A DNA stretch of 64,000 nucleotides. It comes from Mobula hypostoma (taxonomy: Eukaryota). Every line of letters starts with the position of its first letter. Position 1 is the first letter of the stretch. The notes under the pieces are model-generated. The model saw only the letters and a program-made list of their open reading frames with translations, ran no database searches and had not been told where the DNA came from. The stretch spans positions 29,824,001-29,888,000 of the forward strand of contig NC_086109.1 of the NCBI RefSeq assembly GCF_963921235.1, given 5' to 3'. Positions 54,895 through 64,000 of this stretch are shown here, piece by piece. The position numbers were made by a program, and so were the translations under genes.

Positions 54895-56505
54895 ATCACT
54901 TAATATCTTTCTTCCCCTTTATTGAGGCAAAGATGTCATGTCCTGGAGCTTTGCTGTTCTTTAATTATTTAATTGCAGCAGCAATCTCTTCTTTCTTTGG
55001 TGGAATTGTGTTGACGTTGAGGTCCTCTGATGCCTCTTGTATGCCGGATTCTTTATTTGGTGGTGGTCTATCTACCCCATCTATCGTACTTCTTGCTCTT
55101 TCTCAGTTGTCAAAAGCAAACCATCTTATCTCTCGCGAGACCAGTGGATCTGGCATGGAAATTTCCGCATACCAATTTTGAAATTTTGCATATAGTTCCT
55201 ATATCACCTTGAGTAGCTGCTGATTTGGTCTCTTCTACAAGGCCTTCCGTGTAGATTTTCATATCCTTTCTTACAAGTCTTCACTTTTTTGTTAGTTTCA
55301 GTATATGCTAGTTACATTTTCTACTTAAATCATGTTGATTTTGCATCTAACACTTACTTCTTAATTTTCTGTCTTTCTTCTAAGGCTGTCCACGTTTCCT
55401 GCTGTATCCACTCTTTGTTCTTTCCAGCTCTGTATCCTGGACAAGCCTTGCTGCTCTCCTTGAAGATTGAGGCAATCCACTTCCATATGGTGTTGATCAT
55501 GTTTACTGATCCATCCTCTTCAAGGTCTTGCAAGGCTTGGAATCTGTTCTTAAGCTGAATCGTGAAGACAGTTATGACACTGGTGTACATGAGGTTTCAA
55601 CATCAAAACATCTTTGTACACGTGGTTCTGGTACCAGTGCTTCTCATGTTGAGTTTCAACACCACTACACCAAGGTGGTGATCACCTCCTGTATCTGCTC
55701 CTCTCTTCACCTTTACCTCCTGCAAGGATCACCTCCACGTACCATCGATGATTAAATGGTCAATATGATTCTTGTCACGTCTATTGGGTAAGCAACACTG
55801 TGGATTTCACAGTGTGGAATTGACCAGATCTTTCATGGCACAAAATTTCACCAATCTTTTACCATTGTTATTCATCATTCCATATCCATGTGTGCCCATG
55901 GCCCCAGTGAAGTATGAGTTGTTATTTCCCACTTTGGTATTCAGATCTCCCATAACGATGATGATGTCATGGCTTGGTGTTAACTCTAACTACAATTTCA
56001 GCTATTGGTTTAAAACAGCCTTTTTATCAATATCACTATCTTATCGCTGGATCAGTCATGTTCACTTGCCTCACTTTTAGCCTGACTCTCATCAGCATAC
56101 TGTTCATGGTTTCCACTCCAGCAAGCACTTCTCAATGCTTTTCTCCAAAATGACAGCTACACCATCATGACATTGACCATCTTCCCTTCCTGAGAATAAA
56201 ATCGTTCCACTAGTTGCTGCCTTTAGCCTGCCAGATCCTGTCCATCTGCTTTCACAGACGCCCAGTATCTGTAGGTTGTAACACCACATTTCTGGTTATT
56301 CGTGTTAGCTTGCCAATGTTGTTCATGGTTCCTTCATTCCAAAAACTAACTTTGGTCTTGATTTTGGGCTACGCTCAGGGCTTCCTTCATCATGCCAGTA
56401 GGTTCCTCTCGGTTTTCATAACTGTCAGTCATGCAAATCCTGGGTGGAGATTCAGGAATACCATTGCCCTCAGATGTAGGATTCTTCATTGGTATTTCCA
56501 TAACT
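54895..56505 (-). mobile_element. degenerate RTE LINE (body), internally deleted
   Basis: NLQILGVCESRWTGSGRLK...GVAVIL (APE start), IIVMGDLNTKVG, FTIQLKNRFQALQ...W, KNKEWIQQETW. Confidence 0.85.
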
Positions 56506-59500
56506 AATTTTTTCTTTCTTTCTTTTTAAATCTTTTTATTGAATTAGTACACAAAAGGTAAACCATATAGGCACTAATACACTGTTGCAATATAACATTA
56601 CAAGAGATATTAATACACAAAAAAAATTAGTACGAACAGTGCAGTTTAGATATAAAATAACAAGGTAATATAATAGTATACTAATTTTCATACATCTCAA
56701 TAAGGAAAGGGAAAAAAAACCCAAAAAAAACCCAAAAAAATCCCACCGTGCAACTAATCTAAAAAGCAAAGCAAAGCAATGGGCTAACTAGGAATCAAGT
56801 AGAGTTAAACAACTTAAAACAATCACATCCTCAAACCTGACCTCCATTAAAAACAGTTAAAAAACAAGAAGGGAATGTAAATATGGACCGAGAGAGAAAA
56901 AAAAATTACATTAAATGAAAATGTTGAATAAAAGATCTCCAGATCTGTTCAAATTTAGCTGAAGAATCATAAAGATTACTTCTAATTTTCTCCAAATTTA
57001 AACATAGTATCATCTGGGAAAACCAAAAGAACGTAGTTGGAACATTAGTCTCCTTCCAATGTTGTAAAATACATCTTTTCGCCATTAAAATAAGAAATGC
57101 AATCATTCTACGGGCTGAAGGAGAAAGATTACTGGAAATTTTAGGTAATCCAAAGATAGCAGTAATAGGATGGGGAGAGATATCTATATTCAATACCTTT
57201 GAAATAATATTAAAAATGTCTCTCCAAAAAGTTTCCAGAGTAGGACAGGACCAAAACATATGAGTTAAGGAGGCTATCTCCCCATGGCATCTGTCACAAA
57301 GAGGATTAATATGAGAATAAAAACGAGCTAATTTATCTTTGGACATATGTGCTCTATGGACAACTTTAAATTGAATTAGGGAGTGTTTAGAACAGATAGA
57401 GGAAGTATTGACTAGTTGTAAAATATGCGCCCAGTCATCCACCGAAATAATAAAGCCCAATTCCTTTTCCCAATCTGACCTAATCTTATCGAATGGAGCT
57501 TTCCTAAGTTTCATAATAGTATTATAAATAATAGCCGTTACACCTTTCTGACATGGATTAAGGTTAATTATAGTATCTAAAATATATGTCGGAGGTAATG
57601 TTGGAAAGGAAGAAAGTATAGTACTTAGGAAATTTCTAACTTGGAGATATCTAAAAAAATGTATTCTTGGTAAGTTATATTTGTTAGATAATTGTTCAAA
57701 AAGACATAAGGGAACCATCTAAAAATAAATTCAAAAACTGTGAAATACCATTAGTCTTCCAAATTTGAAAAGCACAGTCCGTGGAAGAAGGGAGAAAGAA
57801 TATGTTGCCTAAAATAGGAATCGCAAGCCCAAATTGATTAAGATCAAAAAATTTTCGGAATTGAAACCAAATATGTAAGGTATATTTAACTATCGGGTTA
57901 CAAACCTGTTTGTGGCGTTTCAAATCAAAAGGAAGAGAAGAACCTAAAATGGAGCCAAGTGCATAACCTTGAGCAGATTGTAATTCCAATACAACCCATT
58001 TAGGAATGGATAGTGTATCTTGATCAAGTAACCAAAATTTCATGTGTCGAATATTAATTGCCCAATAATAGAATCTAAAGTTAGGTAATGCCAAACCTCC
58101 ATCTCTCTTAGCTTTCTGTAGATGTATTTTACCCAGTCTCGGGTTTTTATTTTGCCAAATAAATGAAGAAATTTTAGAGTCAAAAAAGGATTTTGGAACA
58201 AAAATCGGTAATGCCTGGAATACATATAAAAATTTTGGCAGAATAAACATCTTAACCGCATTAATATGACCAATCAAAGCTAAATATAATGGAGACTATT
58301 TAAATGAAAGTTGAGTAATATGATCGATTAAGGGTAGGAAATAAGTCTTAAATAAATCTTTATGTTTACAGGTAATTTTAATCCCAAGATATGAAAAATG
58401 ATTATTAATCAATTTAAACGGAAGGTTCTGATATAAGGGAAGTTGCTTATTAATCAGGAAAAATTCGCTCCTACTGAGATTTAACTTGTAACCGGAAAAA
58501 AGACTAAATTGTACTAATAAATCTAAAACAGCCGGGATGGATTTTTGGGGATTAGAAATATATAAAAGTAAGTCATCAGCATAGAGTGATATTTTATGGG
58601 ACTTTAAGCCCCAAGTTATCCCAATAATATTTGGAGATTCTCGAATAGCAATTGCAAGAGGTTCTAATGCAATATCAAATAATAAAGGACTAAGAGGACA
58701 ACCTTGTCCAGTACATCGAGAAAGAGGGAAAAAATGTGAGCTTAAAGAGTTAGTACGAACTGAGGCCATAGGAGAATGCTATAGCAATTTGATCCAGGAT
58801 ATAAATTTCGAGCTGAAATTAAACGTTTCAAGCACCTTAAATAAGTAAGGCCATTCGACTCTGTCAAAGGCTTTTTCAGCATCTAAGGAAATGACACACT
58901 CAGGATCGTTTTGTGAGGGAGTATAAACAACGTTTAACAGTATGCGAATGTTATAAAAAGAGTAACAACCTTTAATAAAACCCATTTGGTCTTCCGAAAT
59001 AATATAAGGAAGTGCTTTTTCTAATCTGTTTGCTAATAATTTAGAAAAAATTTTAGAGTCAACATTTAATAAGGATATTGGTCTATAAGATGTACATTGA
59101 GCAGGATCTTTATCCTTCTTTAATATTAAAGAGATCGATGCTCTATAGAAGGATTCGGTTAGTTTACCAAGTTTTAATGAGGCCTCCAGAACCCTAAATA
59201 ACCCTAAATAACCAAGGGATTAATGAGGATGCAAAAAATTTATAAAATTCCGTGGTAAACCCATCAGGGCCAGGAGCTTTCCCCGGGTTCATAGAGAAAA
59301 TAACATTCTTAATCTCATCAGTGGTAAAGGAAGTGTCTAGCATAGAAGATATATCCTGTGAAATCTCCGGGAAATCTAGGTTATCTAAAAAGTCATACAT
59401 ATATTTAGAGTCTCGTGGAGACTCTGATTGATATAAGGAGGAATAAAAATCAAAAAAGGATTGATTAATCTCAGCTTGATCAAATATCAGTTGATCTTTT

Positions 59501-59575
59501 TGATTATAAATCTGATTAATTTGAAATTTAGTATAATTAGTCTTCAACTGATTAGCCAACAGTTTACCAACTGTT
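56506..59575 (-). mobile_element. L1-clade LINE, ORF2 RT, C-terminal zinc knuckle and poly(A) tail
   Basis: GKAPGPDGFTTEFYK, YRPISLLNVDSKI, SLDAEKAFDRVEW, QGCPLSPLLF, LYADDLL, YLGIKI, GGLALPNF, CDRC...HMFWSCP; aataaa and A-rich tail (T-rich on +) at 56506-56540. Confidence 0.95.
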
Positions 59576-59589
59576 ACCAAAATTACCAA

Positions 59590-59954
59590 ATATATAAATT
59601 ACCAAAAATAATAGACAATGGCGTTTTAATTCGCTGTTGCTTCAGGACTCGGATTTTGTTAACTTTATGAATGAACAGATTGATCCCTTTTTACAATCAA
59701 CTATACAGAAGATATTTCTATGAACATCCTTTGAGATACTTTTAAAGCTTATATTCGTGGCCAGATCATCTCTTACTCTGCTGCTTTGAGGAAGAGGTTG
59801 AAGCAAGAGGAGCTGGTTTTTGTGGACAAGATTAAGGAAATTGATAAGAAATATGCTACAGCTCCCTCTGAGAAGTTGTATAAACAAAGAACTGAACTTC
59901 AAATGGAACACAGTTTATTACTTTTGTTCTCAATTGCAAATCAATTAATGAAAA
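59590..59954 (+). mobile_element. inverted 5' segment of the same L1 (ORF2 EN-RT linker)
   Basis: + strand reads RQWRFNSLLLQDSDFV...*DTFKAYIRGQIISY...LYKQRTELQ...IANQLMK, the region just upstream of GKLLANQLK on the - strand. Confidence 0.88.
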
Positions 59955-59961
59955 CATAACT

Positions 59962-60185
59962 GTTTTTTTGACTAGTCAGGCCTGTTAGCCCTGAGCAGAA
60001 CCCCAAATCCTGGAGGACCTGTGGACCACTCTTAGTCTGGCCTCTACCCTTTGACTTGTTTGGCATGGATGACCCTACCAAGGTTCAAAGCACTAAGCCC
60101 TGACTCCAGCCAAAATAGCTTTCTGGGCCATTGAGGTATGGTAGCCTGAAATCCTTATAACAAAGTAGTGGTCCTCTCAAAGGTT
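59962..60185 (-). mobile_element. 5' UTR of the RTE split by the L1 insertion
   Basis: Minus strand cctcaatggcccagaaagcta...ggtagggtcatccatgccaaacaagtcaaagggtagaggccagac...ggttctgctcagggctaaca resembles RTE 5' ends; L1 TSD cataact at 56499-56505 and 59955-59961. Confidence 0.72.
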
Positions 60186-60199
60186 TTCTGTGAAATAGA

Positions 60200-60729
60200 G
60201 GATAGTAAAACGCAGGCAGTAAACGTCCCTCAACCACACTGTTTACTCAACTAGAACTCCTCAATGCTATACAACTGATTCAGTGCAGAAACAGTCCACT
60301 CAAATGATGTTGGTCAAGGGTTGATTCCTGTTTATCTACAAATGGTAGTTGATGATTGACAGATAGTGATAGGAAAAGTACAATTGATTTGAGAGGGTCT
60401 GAATGAATTGAGAGATTGGCATTGCTATAAAGCTGTTCCTACAGAAACAACATCCTTGTTAATAAGTCTGGATTAATAGCTCTATAGAAAGATCCATGGT
60501 ACATCATTGTAAACCAAGTTATCTTCTGATTAATGTTCAACTAACAGAACTTCGGTATATACATGTTATTCTTGTAAAACCATATCAGATGCCATAAGCC
60601 AATGGGAGAACTAAATATAAAATCAAGAAACTTACACCAATAGTGTTCTGGCTTGTCTCAAGGTCTGCATAATCTTTTCTCATATGTCATATCTGGACCA
60701 ATGGTCTAGCACCACCAGTTGCATTATCT
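60200..60729 (+). pseudogene. endogenous hantavirus-like L fragment B (cap-binding/mid-link region), continuation of fragment A
   Basis: TQLELL/ARLEIF, LQMVVDD/LKIMMDE (60336), GSE*/GFEW (60395), ILVNKSGLIAL/ITIKDDGLRAI (60452), HVILVKPYQ/HTIRDIRYQ (60562), DAISQW/DAVSNVW, LTPIV/LNPII, APPVALS/IPPAAYS (60709-60729). Confidence 0.62.
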
Positions 60730-61650
60730 AAGTTACCAAAGAAAAGGAACTTTCTTAACTTTTGTCTGGTAAGTAAGAATCATAAGCCAAGATAAGACCA
60801 ATGGTAACTGTGGTTTTTGTAGAAAATATTAAATAAGCAGATTTTATTTACAACTTCCATATAATGTTGAAATTATCCATTATAAAAACATTCACCTGAA
60901 GTGAAGACAAATACCAATTATAATATAATTAGCTTGAAGAAAAAAGCGCTGAAGAAATTGAAACAGGATTTTCTTGGTATTGACCTCATATAAGAACCCT
61001 CTTATTGCAATAGATTTCAGAAACGTTTTATCCTTTAAGCACAAGTTTTGTTTGATCAATGATTTGTGAGACCTTGAGAAGACAGTGGTGAAGTATTTTT
61101 CAATATTATTGATTACTTCCTTTTGAATAAAGTAAGAAACCAATAATGAAGTATGTCCTTTACTGTATATTCTTCCATTTTTTCTGAACTTTCAAGGTTC
61201 CTTCCTGAAGAAGCTCTTCAGTGGCTAACTGAAGACAAATTTTCATTGAGCATAGATAAAAACTGTTTGACTGTGGGCCATATTATTCATAAAAAAATTC
61301 CTCTTTATGAAATGTCTACTCACTGCATTGCAGTTAAGATCAAGAATCTTGAACAATTATTATCTCCTCCCCTATCAAAGTCAACAGTGATCATTTTGGT
61401 TTCATAAAAATATTCCATATCCAATAGTCATAGTTCCATTTGCTTCTCAGGAAGTCTCCACAAGTAAGTCAAAACCCTATTTTTGACTCCCAACTCTCTT
61501 TAATGTTTGTCTTTCAATCTGCCATGGATATTTTCTGTATCTGTCAATTGTCTCATCAATTCCACCATCTATATTTTGATGGTGTGATCCTGGTGAAATA
61601 TTTAAGTCCCAAGTAACCCTTGATACTTTTCTCACTAAACTGTTGACCAT
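60729..61650 (-). pseudogene. endogenous hantavirus-like L fragment C (N-terminal PA-C-like core lobe), inverted
   Basis: FKILDLNCN/TKILSDLELN, FFMN/FFQN, ATEELLQEGTLKVQKKW/ITESLIAHSGLKRSKYW (61175-61225), FTTVFSRSHKSLIKQNL/FITVFRIGPGLVDKDNL (61042-61092), *FQHYME/WFQYYTE (60855-60875), FLLTRQKLRKFLFFGNL/FLLAICQKMKLCAIFDNL (60729-60779). The outer boundary beyond ~61360 is less certain. Confidence 0.78.
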
Positions 61651-61659
61651 GCAATGCAC

Positions 61660-61975
61660 CTACCTCACCTTTATGCTGTCCTCCATTTTAAATAATTCCT
61701 TTCCTTTAAGTACTTTCTCTCAAACTGTATGCCTCCTTTTCAAAATACCACAGATTTTGCCAAAATAAAATCCTCTTCACTCACTTCCACGACCCCATTT
61801 CCGACTTCCCCTTTCTCTCCAAAGCTATTGAACGCATTGTTGGCCCAACTCCAACCCCACCTTTACTACAAACACATATTGAAAATACTCCTTTCAGCTC
61901 TTTAATCCTGCTGAAGAGCTGAGAAGGTGCTAATTAAAGTCATCAATAACACTCCAGGTGACTATGATCAGGGTT
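61660..61975 (+). mobile_element. old L2 LINE RT fragment
   Basis: MLSSILNNSF...TF, PISDFPFLSKAIERIV (cf. RPISNLPFLSKILERVV), AEKVLIKVINN (cf. TETALIKVTND). Confidence 0.7.
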
Positions 61976-62129
61976 CAGGTTTCCTGCTCATAATTGCTGA
62001 GCCCCCACTCCCTGTGGTGTCATCAACAATGCCCATGCGCTTCTTCTTCTGTTCGGTTTATTGGAACAACTTTCCCTAAATTCCAGTCTTATGCTCACAG
62101 TTGTAACTATCACACACTTAAATATATTA

Positions 62130-62497
62130 CCAATGAAAATGGGGGAAACCTCCCTCTCTCTTATTAGGGAGAGAGAGAACCTGTGGTTTGTGGATGCCGG
62201 ATGAAAAACGAAAGTCTGGGATAAATGCAAGTCTGTGTCTTTGCTCATGCTTGTGTTCAGTAGCGGGTGCGCTTATTTTTCCTGGGTGGGAAGGGGGGAT
62301 CGTTGCTTGCTGCCGCTTATGCGCGGGAGTGGGGAGCTGGGGGGGGGGAGGACTTTGGGGTTCTCACGTTTAACTGGCATTCATTCTTTGGGGTACTTCT
62401 CTGTTTTCATGGATGTTTGCAAAGAAAAAACATTTCAGGATGTATATTGTATACATTTCTCTGACATTAAATTGGACCTTTGAACCTTTGAACCTTT
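62130..62497 (+). mobile_element. 3' part of the non-autonomous element family of 31250-32075
   Basis: Reverse complement of 31250-31620; tail cctttgaacctttgaaccttttgaa. Confidence 0.75.
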
Positions 62498-64000
62498 TGA
62501 AGAGCCCAAGAATATAATTAAATGCTGTCCTTGTAGATATCATTACAGGCATCAGATCAGCTTTCTTATGAGTATTAAGAACAATAAATACATCATCTTG
62601 TACTCCTTCCTCAATTCCACTGCTCTATTTGTGATACAGTGTGATAGTATTGGATTCACAAAGCCCTAAACTCAAAAGGGGATTTTTAGCCCTATCTGAT
62701 ATAGGTATCTACAGGTGCCCTCACTATAAGGAAATTGTACTGTATCAACCCACTCATCAAATACTTACCTGTTTTGTCTCTGCAGTGAGGTCTACCTACC
62801 AGTATCCATTACTTGAGTGGTGAGTCTCCCCAGGAAGGACATAGTTCCAGCTAATGAAATTGTTTAAACTGTTTATTTTATGAATTTAGATTATACACAT
62901 TTAAATTTAGACAAATAGCTCTGAACACATATTTCAAATTCACCGACGATCTCTGATCTATAATACATTTTTAATTACAAAGGATTAATGAACTGGAAAT
63001 GATTTTCAAACACTGGTAAAATACAAACTAAAAGAACACTCTAATGAGTTTCAGGCGAACTTATCATCCGTCACAGGAAATGAAGGTCGGGGAATGAAAT
63101 CTAGTTCTTCTTTCTGTCTCCCCAATTTTCTGTGATTCCCCTTGTCATTCTTATCAATCCCCACTGCTTTCTAACATTTGTGCTATTTTTCTATTAGTTG
63201 ATGTTATCGGCACGTGATGTGCTTCAGATGAGAAAAAGCAATTCACATAGATGGTCTTAAAGTTTCTGGGGATGGAGATCCCAGGCATGCAAAATTAATG
63301 CAGTGATGGCTTACTCTGAGTACACAAATATCTCAACTATTGTGTGATCAACCATACCTGTAACTATCATTGATGCGCTAAATGACAATATCAGTCTGAA
63401 ATGCAAGATTCCTTGAACTAACTCACAATGGTGCAATTAAGTTAGCCATTGTAATCTGGTTTAACGCTAGCTAATTAACATAACCATTGTTTTATGATGA
63501 TTAAATATTAGGCCTACAAGACATCACCTTTTTGTTGTTTATAACAAGAATCTGTGCAAGGAATATTGGTTAGATAGTTAACTATGTCAAAAACATCCCT
63601 GACCCTTTGGAAAGATCTTGCTGTGTGCTAGAAAGCTAAGGTTGGCAATAAGCCTCTTGGGCTCTGGCAAGAGAATATCCATCACAATACAACTGAAATC
63701 TTGTTGAAACACCCTGCAGGCTAGGCAATATTGTGTAAAGAGAAACAGAATTAATCCTCCATATTGTTGATTTTCCATGAGAATTACCTTAATGTTGCCA
63801 GGCGCCTTGTCAGTCTGAGAGAAGTTACAATTTAGAATTAAATATTGGGAAAAACAAAGCTACCATCTTCAGCACCTGCCACAAAGTTCCTAACATTGGG
63901 GATGTGTTTTATGCACTTATGGATAATTTCTGAATAGGTGATTTAGGGTCATTATTGTTGACTGTATTGTTCATTCTCTGTAAGAAAAAAAACACTTTGT

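Noticed and set aside
60630..60725. Minus-strand TSQNTIGVS resembling hantavirus L VDQSTVGAS
   Set aside because: Spacing from FGNL is wrong, and the plus strand gives a longer collinear match to the L C-terminal region.
61477..61659. IDETI-containing ORF first suspected to be piggyBac transposase
   Set aside because: No other piggyBac motifs or TTAA/TIRs, and the downstream frames match hantavirus L instead.
1..64000. CRISPR arrays, rRNA/tRNA genes, prokaryotic operons
   Set aside because: None seen; tRNA-like pieces are SINE heads and the DNA is eukaryotic.

Overview
AT-rich, repeat-dense vertebrate DNA. The repeat repertoire (CR1, Rex1/Babar, RTE, L1, L2, Penelope-derived palindromes, V-SINEs, hAT MITEs) suggests a cartilaginous fish, probably a ray or skate; this is inference. 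No host protein-coding exon could be supported, and nearly all long ORFs are retroelement remnants. The main result is a decayed, roughly 2.6 kb candidate endogenous viral element resembling the hantavirus (Hantaviridae, Bunyavirales) L RNA polymerase, spread over ~53350-61650. A + strand part (thumb through cap-binding/mid-link region) is split by a (CA)n block and by an RTE LINE that itself carries a 5'-inverted L1. That part is joined tail-to-tail at ~60729 to an inverted, - strand N-terminal core-lobe part that abuts an old L2 RT fragment. The viral assignment rests on about 20 collinear short motifs compared with the Hantaan virus L sequence as I recall it, so it needs tblastn/HMM confirmation. 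Secondary findings are Penelope hammerhead-ribozyme-like termini, a twin-priming L1 inversion, and several nested insertions with clean target-site duplications (TSDs).
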